In this document: positions 23,796 through 36,906 of the stretch, piece by piece
How positions within the stretch are numbered: position 1 is the stretch's first letter
Layout of the letters: each line of letters starts with the position of its first letter
Source of the DNA: the human T2T-CHM13v2.0 reference genome, Homo sapiens
Reading direction: 5' to 3' (one strand)
DNA length: 64,000 bases
Assembly (NCBI RefSeq): GCF_009914755.1
Contig: NC_060927.1
Notes under the pieces: model-generated
Database searches by the model: none
What the model saw: the letters and a program-made list of their open reading frames with translations, nothing else
Told to the model about the DNA's origin: nothing
Program-made: the position numbers and the translations under genes

Positions 23796-25736
23796 CTTAA
23801 CATGAGTGGTTTAGCACAGCTTAAGGAAGAGGCCTCTGAGAAACATGGCAGAATTGTGAACTCTTTACCAGGCTGCTGATAAAGGCCTATGGACATATGC
23901 CCTGTATTTGTATTTTTCTGATTCTCAAAATTGTGTTCACAAATGTAAGTTATTTCCAGGATTATTGTAATGCCAAATACCTCTTCTGCCAGACTTCTGA
24001 AGGGCAAATAACAAATCCTTACTGGTATCTTAAAAATATAGATTTGTATTCTTGACTTCTTACAATATGCAGAATGTACCCAGTGTTTAATATGCCAGAT
24101 ATTAACCTCCTGAACATACCTTCTTTCTTTTTGCCCTCTGCCCTATATCAGTTGTTTACACCCACTGGCATACCTTACACCTCGTCATAAGCAGAGATCC
24201 CTCCCTGATCTTGCTGTCAAGGATTCCCCTCTCTAACCACCAGCTGCTTTTTTCCCAGCTCACCCTCAATGCTCCAAACCTAACATATTCTTCAATCCAA
24301 CCCAGCACTGTAGTTGTTGAATCAACCAACTCTTCCTTATTTATCATAGCATTAATACTTCTTTCCTTTGTTTAAAAAGCTTAAAGTCCATCTTTGTTAT
24401 TTTCTTACCTATAGCTGGACTTAATTCCCTTACTCCTCTCTCTTTCTGGAACTTGATTGTCTCCTTCTCCACTTACTACACTAAACATGGCAGGAAAACT
24501 AAACCACATTGAATGGGTCACCACTTTAAATATACTCTCAACTTAAGTGGTTTTCAGACTGCCCAGTGATTCTGCTACTGTTCACCTGTCCATTCTCCTT
24601 CTACTTCCCAGTCTACTTCTCCCTCTCAAATCTTCAACAGTTCTTCCCCAGTCCTCAACCTCAGCTGTTTACTTTGCTTCCCAATTCAGTGAAAACATAG
24701 AAGCAATTATAGGGAATGTCCACTCTCCTCCGATACCTACCATCTACCCCATCCCTTCCCTTATACTCCAAGAAAGGCCAAACCCTTGACTTGTATATTA
24801 GATACCATCCTCTTTTGCCAACTCATGGACATTGTTCAAAAACATTCTACCCACCCCTCTTTTCAGTACCATCCACTTTTCACTGTCTACTCAGTTGTTT
24901 TCGTCAGCATGTGAACATGCTACAGGTCTCAATCCTTTTATTTGTCTTTAAAACTACACTCATTGCCTTATTGATTTCATCCAGACTCCTGGCTTTAAAT
25001 ACTGTCTATGAATTTATAATGCTTAAATTTAGATCTCTGCTGCAGGCATCTCCCTCAATTAAGATCTGAATATTTCACTATCTATTCTCCAACTCTACTT
25101 GGATATCCAATAGTCATCTCAAACTCAACATACCCAAACTCTTCTTTCTTCTATATTTGTTTCATGGTCTTCCCTGTCTTGGTTAAAGCAACTCCAAACT
25201 TCCAGTGGCTCGGGCCAAAACACTTGAAATCATCCATGATTTTCATCTTCCTCTCATACACCATATCTAATTTGCCAGCAAGTTATGTTGGCTATACCTT
25301 CAAAATATATCTGGAATAGGCTGTCTTCCTACTAAATCCACCCTGGATGAAACCACTGTTATGTCTCGCCTGGATGAAAGCAACAACCCAAACTTTTTTC
25401 TCTTTCTATTCTTGTACCTCTAGGGCTATTATCACTTCAATATCCAGAGTGATTATATTCAAACATTAGTAAGTCATATCATATTATCTCTTGCCTTAAG
25501 ATCTTCCAGTCACTCTGTGTTCATCCAGAATAACAGCCAAAGTCTACACAGTGGCCTACCATGCCTCAAAAAGTCTAGCCCCTGTTGCTTCTTTGAGTCA
25601 TCTATGTTCTATTCTCTCTCTTCTTCAGCCACATTAGTCACTGTCTTCTCATTCTACCTCAAAGAAGTCACCCTCTACCCTCAGAATCTTTAATTGCTGT
25701 TTTCTCTGCCAAAAATGCTCTTCCCCCAGTATCTAC

Positions 25737-25790
25737 ATAATATAATATAATAATAATATAATATAATATAATATAATATAATAATAATAT
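25737..25790. repeat. (TAATA)n-type AT microsatellite
   Basis: ATAATATAATATAATAATAATATAATATAAT... Confidence 0.85.
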
Positions 25791-25811
25791 CTACTCAGTT
25801 TCTTCAAGTAC

Positions 25812-26153
25812 TTTTTTTTTCTTTATTTCTTTCTTTTCTTTTTTTTTTTTGTTTTTTTTTTTGTTGTTGTTGTTGAGACAGGGTCTCACTCTGTCACCCA
25901 GAGCGGGGTAGTGCAGTGGCATGATCACAGCTCTTTGTAACCTCTGCCTCTCAGGCTCAGGCGATCCTCGCACCTCAGCTTCCTAAGTAGCTGGAACTGC
26001 AGGTACAGGCCACCATGCCTGGCTAACTTTTGTAGTTTTTTGTAGAGATGGGGTTTCACCATTTTGTCCAGGTTGGTCTTCTGAACTCAAGCAATCTACC
26101 CGCCTTGGACTTCCAAAGTGCTGGGATTACAGAGATGAGCCACTGTGCCTGGA
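25812..26153 (-). mobile_element. AluJ (Jb-like) inserted in L2
   Basis: Long mixed T tail, GAGACAGGGTCTCACTCTGTCACCCAG...CAGGCTCAGGCGATCCTC...TTTTGTAGAGATGGGG. CTTCAAGT occurs on both flanks (TSD remnant). Confidence 0.93.
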
Positions 26154-28189
26154 CTTCAAGTGTTCCTTAAAATGTCCTCATATTGGTAAAGCCTTCTCTA
26201 ACTGTACTACATGAAATTGCAATGCCCATTTCACCCAATACTCCTCATTCTTCTTTCTCTGTTTCATATTTTTTCTGTAGTATTTATTACCATCTAAAAT
26301 ATTACTTAATTTACTTATTTACTTAGTGTATTATCAATATCTCTACTAACAGTTCTATTAGTGTAAGGATTTTTGGCTATTTGTGCTGTATCCCCTGGGC
26401 TTAGAATAGTACTTAACATATAGTAGACACTCCATAAATATTTGATGAATGAATGAATACATTGGTAGGAAAATGAATAAGAGTTCTGTCACAAATCCGA
26501 CTAATGCAGAAAAATAAATATTCAAATACATTGTCCAAGTTTTAACCTAAGATAGTACTGAATCTTCTTAAAGATCTGTACCTACACTAATGTTTTCCTT
26601 CTTCTTCATTCTTTGCTTTCATATCATGCATTTACATGTCCAGAAAGTCACTATTTTTTTACCACTTTTTATGTCAACACTCCATTCATTACACTTTATT
26701 TAATTTATACAACAATTCCAGTATTTGTCACCTTCAATCACTCATCACAGAGTTTACCATGAAATGCCATCTAAAGGTTAAAGATAGGACTTGAAATCTG
26801 TTTCTGAAAGATAAAACTATCAGATCAAGGTAGTGCTTAATTGTTTAAGAGAAGATAATTGTGTAAGAGAGAACATCATTTGAAACATTCCCTGACAATA
26901 TTTTCCTTAGAAAAGCTTTAAAAATCAGGAAAAATTTTGGGTACTGTTTGGCAATTTTGTTCAGTTAATATTTGCAATATACATATTCCATTTTTTTACA
27001 AAAATTAGAGCAAAACTGTACTATGTGTATTATCAAGGTTTACCAATATTCTGATGTTATATTGGTATAATATTGATGTATCTATTGCATTATTTAATGC
27101 CAAATCTAAGGTCAGGAAACAAATTATTATTGCATCATTCTTATGATTGAATATGATCTTTCTTATTAATGAGTTTACAGAAAGATATGGTGCTAAAACT
27201 TACAAAATACTGCTGAGACATCAGTTTGCAATATCTATATTTTTTAAAGGAAAGAAATATAATTTAAAATAATTGCCTATTTCACTTGACATTTGACATG
27301 TTGTAGGTACTTTGGGAGCAATTTTCAAGGCAGGCCCATGTGACTTATAGATGCTGGGATGGGAAATACCACACTGACACTAGGGCTGCCTTTGGAGACA
27401 GAAGCAGGAACATAAAGACAGATGAGTGGCAAGGTTGGAGTTCATTCCTCAAACACATTGTCCCAGTCTGAGTAGGTAAATGAAAATGGCAAGACTAATT
27501 AATAATTAAGGAGGGAGACCCAAATCAAGAATGCAAACATAAAGCGCAATGTAAAGTTGACACATTTTGTGTTCCTCTAGCACACTCAAGAACCCTGATA
27601 TCAAAGGCATAGTCAACTGTGCCCAGCAAACATTTTTGGGGTGTTTAGCAAATTTAAGTGCATTAACAGTTTTCCTTACATATTTCTACTGACTTATACT
27701 TTAATTAAAATGCTGCTTCTATAACTAATGATGTTATATATTGATTCAACTGGAAGATCAATTGTATCATTGGTAAAATAGGTTATATTACAAATGAAGG
27801 CATTTTGCATTATATATGGTATTTTTATTTTTAATTATACTCCTTTTATTCAAAAATATCTTCAACAAATAGAGCTACAGAGAAGTCTTAAATTTCATTC
27901 AGTAATTCCGTTGTTAATGATATCTACATTAATGTTTTGGGATTTTTCACATTTACACATTTTTTTGTATCCAATAAGATAAAGCAAATAAGCAATTACT
28001 TTTATGTGGTAAGACCCATGAATTTTAGTATAAGAGAAAAATGATAAAAGCATAAAAATCAAAGTATAAATTTTTAAAAGTTAAATTTTAATAGTAAACA
28101 TCAATATAAATTTATTTTATTTTTCTCTTCAAATACATATGTATCTTAACTTTGAAGAGAAAAACAAGTCATGGATTCATTAGTTAATG

Positions 28190-30220
28190 TTGATATGAAT
28201 CAAAATAATTAGTGTAAGAGAAAGAATATGGAAGTATAAAAAAATTAAACCTTTTCAGGGTAGAGAGCTGCAAAATTATAAATATAATCATGAATTCTTC
28301 AGTACATGTGTGTAGATATATATATGCAATATGTGTGTGTGTAAATGTATATATTCCAGCTGTGTGTACTAAAAAAGGCTTAGAAATAGTGACAAAGCAG
28401 AAGCAGCGAGCATAAAAATTGCGTCTCTAAATACCATTTCCCATTAATAGGAAACAGAACTTCTTACAAAAATGGCTGATTACAGATCTGTGTCAAGAAA
28501 TGCACAAAATGATTCAGGGACATTTATTTTGTTCAGAAAACAAAGAAGATACAAAGACTAATGGATAAATGTAAAAAAAAAAACCCAGAAACACATAGAA
28601 ATCTATATAAAACAAAAACCTACGGTAGAAAAAAAAACAAATTTACATGAAGATCCCTTTGACTAGTGCTTTTTTGTGTGTTAAAAAGAAAATTGACTGA
28701 TGTTTATACAAACACTTCAAATAATAAAAATCAAAGAGTCTATAATGATACTAAGACAGAGAAAGCCAAAACAAAAGCCAAACAACAAATACCAATGCTT
28801 CGGTGGCAACTAGGACACTGACTCCATTTTCTAAACATTGTCAATTAGAAGAAAATAATTATCTAGAGGTGATGAAACCAATATCTTCGTTGTAAAAGAA
28901 TTCTGTGTTTAAATTGTGGAAGATGCTGCAACTAAGAAAAATGGACATTTTTGCAATATCTAGTGATACCACCTATAACAGATAAAATCACTGATGAATG
29001 AAACCATTGGATGAAAGGTTAATGGGAAATCAGATATCACCATCTTGATCCATTGTCTAATCTCAGAATCACTTAAAGCAGGAAACTCAGCATTATGTGA
29101 CATACTGATCCTATCCTGATATGTTGGAAGATGAATTACACAGAAATATTAAGAAATATTCTTGTAAAAAAAATTAAAAGTTGTACCTGAATCTAATCAT
29201 GCCTTTAGAGCTAATTGATAGTTTACAAGAAACATAGGTGATGGTGGAGTAAATTAAATTAAACCATTTACTATGGTTTAATTAAACTATGTAAAAAAAC
29301 CACATACCTTTAAAATGTAGAACATTATAGAAACAATCTGACTCAGTTTCTTAATTAAGGCAATTATAGCCAAAGAAGGTGGATGGGAAAAGAGGGTTAT
29401 AATTTTAAAAACTTGATACATAACAACCAATGGCAATGTGCAGATATCGTTTATGTCCTGATTCAAACAAAGCAGCAGAAAAAAAATGGCACTTTGGAGA
29501 AAATCAGAGAAATTTTAAAATAGTCTGATTGTTAGATTATATGAAGGAATTATCCTTACTTTCATTAGGTGTGCAAATGGCCAAGTGATTATGTAAATAA
29601 AAGCCCACGTACTTCAAAATTACATACTGAAGTTTATAATACGATGTCTGAAACTCGTTTTAAAATACATTATTTCAAACGAAGTAATCAAATACATGAT
29701 ATAACAGTGCCCAAATTTTAATATTTATCTAACATGGGAAGATGGATGCTATGGGCTGAATTGTGTCCCCTCCCCAAATTCAGATATGTTGAAGCTCTAA
29801 GCCTCAAGGTGTCTGTATTCAGAGACAGGACTTTTAGAAGGCAGTTAAGATTGTATGAGGTCGTAAGAGTAGGGTCCTTATCTGAAACTATTGCTGGCCT
29901 TATAAGAAGAGGAAGAAACAGAGAGAAAACTCCTTCTCTCCATGTGCATGTAATGAGCAAAGGCTATGTGAGGACACAGGAAGAAGATGCCTGTCTGCAA
30001 GCCAGGAGGAGAGCCCTCATCAGATATGGAATCAGCTTTCGTCTTGATCTTGGATTTCCCAGCCTCCAGAACTGTGAGAAATAAATTTCTGTTGTTTAAG
30101 CTACCAAGCCTATGGTATTTTGTTATGAGAGCCCTAGCAAACTGAGACAATGGACATATGGAAATTTATATATTTGAATCTCTAATGTTATGTATTTTTT
30201 AAAAATTTTCTTGAAAATTT
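28190..30220 (+). mobile_element. L1MC4-like LINE-1 3' region, interrupted by a MaLR LTR
   Basis: TCTAAATACCATTTCCCATTAATAGGAAACAG...AAATGGCTGATT, and ACATAACAACCAATGGCAATGTG...TCCTGATTCAAACAAA...TTAGATTATATGAAGGAATTAT. Sequence resumes after the LTR. Confidence 0.7.
29747..30149 (+). mobile_element. Solo MaLR LTR (MSTD/MLT1A-like) with 5-bp TSD
   Basis: TGCTATGGGCTGAATTGTGTCCCC...CAGCCTCCAGAACTGTGAGAAATAAATTTCTGTTGTTTAAGC...AACTGAGACA with TG...CA ends. ATGGA is duplicated at 29742-29746 and 30150-30154. Confidence 0.92.
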
Positions 30221-30789
30221 CTGACCATGTCAATAAAACAGAATGTGATTAGAATTTAAATTCTCTTTTTACTGCTTTTAACTCCCAGATCCCAATCCAT
30301 CTGATCTTGTAGCTTTCCTGCTAATATATTATCTACAGTACTTTATAGCTTACAAGAGAAAATCCAAGCTGCTTACCCAGCCAGTGTTTCCCATAATTAG
30401 CTCCAAATGAATCTTTCCAGACATGTCTTGCTCTGACTTTTGTAACATATCCTTATTCTTCAACCAAAATAAACTTTACATCGCCAAAAATGCCCCCCTC
30501 CATGTATATTTGTAGCAATTCTTTAAGTGATTCTCAATTTTTACATTAAAACTTAAAAAAATAGCTAAGCAGTTACTATACCCAATTACATGAAGCTAAA
30601 TAAATGAACGCAGTGTAGGTTCTGATATCAGTTCTCAATTTTTCCTTCCTAGGGAACTGGAAATAACCCTTAATCAGTGTGGCTAAAGGATTGCTTTAGA
30701 AAGAGCTGTAGATTCTCTCCTGTGGATCTCACACTGGGAGGCTTGTTGGTGCATGGGTATCTCCTAATTTTATTGCCTTTATTGATAAA

Positions 30790-31900
30790 TTCTTAATTTT
30801 GCACTTAGGTACTTGCATGACGTTCAGCCTATACATAGTAAGCATTATTTTTCTTCTACATCCCACATTTTCTTCCCCCTTTCTCACCACCTTCTTTCTC
30901 ACATGTACCCTAGAATCTCAATTTTAACTTCCTAACATGAATTTTTCCTTATTCTTTCATGTAATTAAATACACACACACACCCAATTTTCATGTCTTTG
31001 GTTTAAAAATAAAATATTTTATCTATTTTTCTATGCATCTTCCTTTCACTAATTAACAACTCATCATGGAAATCCCTGCACATCAGCTGATAGATATTAA
31101 ATGCATTTTTAAATAATTTTATAATATTAGCAAAGATAAACCATAATTTATTCAACCATTTTCCTATTAAGAAACATTCACCTTTTTCTTATGTAGTTTC
31201 ACCACCAACATGGTTCATCAATTAACGTCTTTGTACATAGCAGTGATTTAATCTCTATGGGAGTGGAGTCACTGCTATGTATGTTTTTAATTTGAACACG
31301 TTTTCACATTGCTTTCTTAAAAATCTGTGACAGCTATTTCTTTGAGCAATGTATGAGAGTACTCTATTACATGGAGAATATTAGGCATTGCAATGCTATT
31401 GGCCACGTAGCCATCTACTGAGGCAAAAAGCCCTATTGCGTGATTACTTTCATTTATATTTCCCTTACACTCTGGGGTTGTTCATCATACTTCCATGTAA
31501 CTATTGCCATTTTTATTTGTAGAATAGCTCGTATATTGTTTTTCTTTGGCCCAGTTTTCTACTAGGATGTCAGCATTCTTATCAATTTTTAAATCTTTTG
31601 TATATAATACAAAATATTTTTATTATCTGCATTATTTTTATTTTTAAATTATTTCTATTGTTATTTATCTCCCAAATTGTCCTCTAAGGGCTTTATTGTT
31701 TTATAATTACATCTTTAACCAACTGGAATTGGGTGACACAAGGATCTAATGTGTTTTCTTTTAGTGGGTAGTTAGTTGTAACATTCACTTACTAAATTAG
31801 ACCATCCTTTTCAAACGAATTGAAATACCTCCTTAGTGATCCTTACATTCCAAAATATACTGTGCTCTATTTCTGAACCATGTGTGCTTCTCTGCAAGTG
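30790..31900 (-). mobile_element. Highly decayed L1ME-type fragment
   Basis: CCATAATTTATTCAACCATTTTCCTATT, GAGCAATGTATGAGAGTAC and TTTACATCTTTAACCAACTGGAATT resemble antisense L1M 3' UTR/ORF2. Confidence 0.55.
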
Positions 31901-32633
31901 GCTTTAAATTTTTGCATTCCTATAAAATCACCTCTTTCACTAGTTGGAAATTCTGTCGTCTTGCTCTGGGGTCCCATAGAACTTTATTTTTACTTTGAGC
32001 ACATCCTATCTCAAATTATAGTTGCTTTTATCTATATGCCTACTGAATTTCACTGTATAATCTCTGAAAGAAGAATCCGCATTGAATTTGTCTTTGTATG
32101 CTTCACAGTTTCTTGAGCAATTTAGAAATTTATGACATGGTTATTGAATACATGAATATAATTATTCACTAAGTAAATATACTAATAATTAAATAAATAT
32201 TATGAGAATCATAATAGTTTCATACAATTTTAGAAACCTGAAGTGAAGGTGATTCTGTTCAAGACGTGAGAAGTTTTTATTCTTGTTTTACTTTAGAAGT
32301 TCTTGCGACAGTGAATGAAGTTAAACCAAAAAATTATATTTATGTAATCTCTCAATGTGCTATTCATTAGTACATAAATCCAGATTACCCTTTTATGCAT
32401 AGTTTATTGTACTATATGAACATTTAGTAAGTAGCTCAGTCTAATTTAGTTTTATTTAGTACCTCTTTCTAATTAAAGCCATGAATGATATAGATAAATT
32501 TATAGATCTGCAAGAGCCAGGAAACTTTGATAATATTAAACCAAATGAGAGAAAAGCATATAAAAGACAGCTTATTCATATTCTGCCCTCAGTCACAGGT
32601 TTTGAGATGTAGATTTTGCTGTAGTACAATAAA

Positions 32634-32697
32634 AGCAACTAAAATGTCTAACTCATTAATATGACACAGCAACTAAAATTTCTAGCTCATTAATATG
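32634..32697. repeat. Local 30-bp direct duplication (34-bp period)
   Basis: AGCAACTAAAATGTCTAACTCATTAATATG at 32634-32663 and AGCAACTAAAATTTCTAGCTCATTAATATG at 32668-32697; 2 mismatches. Confidence 0.85.
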
Positions 32698-34768
32698 TTA
32701 GTATCACAAAAATCATCCCAGTTAAGTCAGCACAATAGAGCAATTAGCAGATGTTTACCTAGAGCTACCTACAATCATGCAGTTTTAACTCTGGGCCTAT
32801 AACAATTTTTAGAGAAACTGATTGTGGTAGCCTCTGGGTAAAATAAAACAGGAAATTCTGCTTCATTTCCAGCTGTATTGTGTAGTACAATGAGAAATGT
32901 TGACAGCCGACTCAGTCTTGCCCTTTTTGCTATAATGTCTTTGTACTCAACATATAGACTGAATATAAGTTAGTGTGCAATGACTTTCAATACTTATATT
33001 ACCATATAATGCTAAAGAACACTGAGATGCAGTTCTTGTGTCAGAAACAACCTAATTTGCTTGTTCTAGTAGAGAGCTCAAAGCCCACTGGAGTGACGTC
33101 TTATTTTCTCTTCTATTAAAGAAAGAAGCTGTCTCCCTGGAGGTTGGCAGGGGTCCCAAACTCAGAAGAAAGGTTGATTAGATAAGCTGCGTTTAGTGGC
33201 TATGACAGATGGACATGGAGTCGATGGGTAAGAGGTAGGGGAGCCAGTGTCCACAATCAAGTGTGATTCCAAAATACAGTTCAACTGAGGTAAAAACTGA
33301 AAGATTCTGATGAGGCGGGTAGATTAGCATGATATATAGAGCATCACTACCTTTTAAATATGATTATTTAGTTCATTTTGGGCAGATTTTATGAGATTTC
33401 TTATTAAATAGACCATAATATTTCTGAGATCAGGGGGCCCTCCATTTTAATAGACTTCTTTAATAACCTGCATTTCCTACAGAAATATTTCTTCTAGTCT
33501 GGTAGCTTCAAATATCAGTAAAATGAGGAAATAAGACCTTAGCCACCATTATATGCGTTGGATGCTCTTTTTGTTCTTGTAGCCTTTGTTCTCTGATTTA
33601 AACTTATCAATTGAGACAGATAATGCAGACTTTTTACCAGGGAAAAATCAGTGAATATCAAGGCAAATCTAATAAAATGGAGCTAAGGATCGTCAGTCTG
33701 TGAGGCTTCAGTTACATTTTGGGAATGAACCGACAGAATTCTAGTTCTCAGAGAGACAAAGCAAAGAAATAATCCAAGAAAGCAGTTGAAGGGTTACAGA
33801 ATGTTTCAGGGGCAAGAGTCTTCTTATAGCCTACTGGTAATTTTAGTACTATTCAGCAATATTAAGGCATTATTCTGCCTCAAACTGATTATTTCATTTA
33901 GTTCTTCCAGGACAGGAATAAGCCAAAGGTAGCTTGGATGGTTCTGAGCTTAGAGAGCAGAGGAAGAGAAGAGACTCTCTTAATAAGAAAGGAAACAAAT
34001 AACAGAAGGACAGTGTTGATGATAGATTCCAGGGACTCATGTTCTCCGATATGCAAACACACTGAGTGTGACTTGCCTTCTCCAATAATGAAGTACTTTT
34101 TTGTTGTTTTTTAATGAAAGGAAAAGCAGTTTACTATAACACTAGGTTGCTAAACTTGGGATCTGCTATAAAAGTGACGATGCAAACACATATCTGTACC
34201 TTTAAAATGATAATAAATTAAAAGAAATGGAGAACAAAATATTTGAGTGATTAAAATCTAGATGAGATGAAATATACTATAGCTATAGAAAACATGCAAA
34301 TGATGTGATTTTTTTCTTTACTTTCTTATGTCTTAATGGTGGGGGAAATAATGTACTTCCAACTGATACTAAAAAGAGACTGTTTTATTATGTTTACTAC
34401 ACAATGAGCCTACCTAAGGCATTCTCTAGTTATGGTATACATTATTAACTGTTATAAACCATTACTCTGAATAGTACCCAAGCGGCCTGAAAGTTAATGT
34501 TTCTCTTTAAGTGCTTAGCTCACTATAAGAGAGTAACTTAGACATGGAAAGTGACTGCTTAGTCATCGACGCTGATTCTGCCAAGATTAGGATAAAGTTT
34601 TGGGTGAGATTGGAGCAGATTAGGAAATATAAAAGGAGGAAGAGGGAGAAAGGGTTAAACTCATTAAAACAGAAGTTCCAAATGCTAATCGTATGATACT
34701 TTAGGGCATCAATTTCAATAACTGTTGTGGAATTCTCCAGGCAATGGGATTGTGTAAATTTGTCTCTG

Positions 34769-34770
<2 letters not shown>

Positions 34771-34806
<36 letters not shown>
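34771..34806. repeat. (AC)18 microsatellite
   Basis: Uninterrupted AC run. Confidence 0.97.
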
Positions 34807-34810
<4 letters not shown>

Positions 34811-36039
34811 TCTTTGACAGTCATGAGGCATATGATTTCATGTTCCTACAGACTGCACCCTTTTTCTTGTTACAACTACTGATAATTAAATATTTGGAGA
34901 AATGGACAAAGCTTTGGGAGCTTACTTCATTCTTTATCTTCTTGCAGTCTGTTAAATTCATTAGGTCAGAAAATTTGTCAGTAGCTCATATACTGCCAAG
35001 GACAGAGATGATTAACTGTGATTTATTTAATGAACATCATTATTCCAGCACATGATGTAAAGGAAGTACCTGACCCCTTTTTTTGTCCTAACCCCCACTA
35101 GAATCTATAAATACATATTCTCTTGTCTAATTGAATTTATTTCTTCATTTAACAAATATTTATTTACATATCTACTCTGTGCTAGACAAAATGTAAGGGG
35201 TTGTGAGAAAAAAGACATGTAATTTCATGCCCTGTTGAATAAAATGGAAAGCACAGCAGAAATTCATGATTTGGGTTTACTTTTTGTATTACAAATATAA
35301 TTTTGGTTTGATAAGACATTTATGATTTTACTTTATTTCTCATTCATTTTTAATGTTTCCTAGACCTGTGAAACTTTGTTTTGATACACAAAGCTTCTCA
35401 TTTAATTTGTATATATGGTATAACTAACAGAGTTTGAGATTCATTAGCTGAATCTAGAACTGTCCTATGCCTTCAACTCTCCAGCAAACTCCTGTTTTCT
35501 ACTACCTAGAGCTATAAGAAAAAGGGGAGGTATGAGGAAGAAAAATATTGAAAAGGGAACACAAAAAATGGAAGCAAGAGGGATAAAGAGGAGGAAAAAA
35601 AAGTAAGAAAAAGAAGAAAAAAGCATTTTCAAAGTGAGGAAACAATATGAGGAATGTTAATGAAAGAAGCAACCTCACAACCCACTTACCCTTTCACACA
35701 TCAAGCATACTCATTCAGTTTCCTGTGAAATAAAAGATCATTTTATATTCAAACATTTTCCATAAAATCTGTACTGTGCTCAGTAAGCTAACAAATATCT
35801 GAAGCATTGCATTGAAGAAGTTGTAACATACTATTCATTTATGGTTTTTTAAACCTTGTTTTCTCTGGGCATGATCACTCTTTGAAGTTGCCTGTGACAT
35901 TTTCATATTCTCACCAATGAATGTCAAACAAACAACAAAAGCTCTGTACACTTCATGATGGAGAGAAGTTCAACAGGAGCTCAGGATGGGAAAGACTAGA
36001 CTGCAGTAGAGAAGGTTTTTTAAAATAGGTCAAAACTGG

Positions 36040-36560
36040 AATGTGGTCTCCAGGAAAACTAATGGCATCTTAACTGACCTGGAAGCCTAATGTGCAGAAA
36101 GTAGGTGATAAGTATACTCTGTCTGATCAGATCTACCTTAGGTTTCACCATGAAGGGCCATGGACAGACTAACGCTATGTTCAGAGGGGTGTGACTGAAT
36201 CACTGCTTCCTGTAAGGTTCACTTGTTCATTAAGCAAGATAGAAGCAGAATCAAAAAGAACAGAATGGTTGCCTTCACTTATCTGAAGGTCTGCCATGTG
36301 GAAGAGGTATATTTGCTCCTGTGTTCCGAAGGAGTTAAGAAGACTCTGAGAAGTATATCTCAGCTTATTTTTCAGATGGCATTGTCAGATGCCAATAACA
36401 GATTGGGCTACCACAAAAGTTTTAATGCCAAATTTCCATTAGTCACAATTAGCATAATCTGCATAACTACCTGGTAAGAATTTGTTGAAGGATTCACTCA
36501 TTAAATGGGTAGTAGAATGAAAGGATTTCTAGTTCTTTTTCTACTCAAAAACACAATTTT
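36040..36560 (+). mobile_element. L3/CR1 LINE 3' fragment
   Basis: GAAAACTAATGGCATCTTA...CTCTGTCTGATCAGATCTACCT...ATGGACAGACT...GTTCAGAGG and GCCTTCACTTATCTGAAGGTCTGCCATGTGGAAGAGG match remembered L3 3' motifs. Confidence 0.6.
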
Positions 36561-36857
36561 CTGAATAGGAATTAAGAAACATAAATATAGAGCTCTCCAG
36601 CCTATCAAAAATATATTTATAAAAAATCATATTAGTATCATTTTTCTAGAATAAATGACTTATTACTTTGTCAGTGTACCCATCAGACATTTGTATTATT
36701 TTTATAATGCTGCAAGGGTGCCATCTGATATTTCTTGTTGGATAATTTCCATTTCTAACTTATTAGAAAGAAAATATTTTTATGTCCATCTTTAGATAGG
36801 CTTTGAAAAGATGGAGAAGTGAAGAAATGTGCCAGAAATTGCTAATTGCTGTGGGTG

Positions 36858-36860
<3 letters not shown>

Positions 36861-36902
<42 letters not shown>
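36861..36902. repeat. (GT)21 microsatellite
   Basis: Uninterrupted GT run. Confidence 0.97.

Positions 36903-36906
<4 letters not shown>

Larger units (their letters stand above)
24190..26458 (+). mobile_element. L2 (L2a-like) LINE, ~2 kb, interrupted by (TAATA)n and an AluJ
   Basis: C/T-rich sense L2 body with hallmark GGATATCCAATAGTCATCTCAAACTCAACATACCCAAACT and terminal AAATATTTGATGAATGAATGAAT. Confidence 0.85.

Noticed and set aside
29718-30150. Three overlapping ORFs of 80-116 aa
   Set aside because: All fall within the solo MaLR LTR, which is non-coding.
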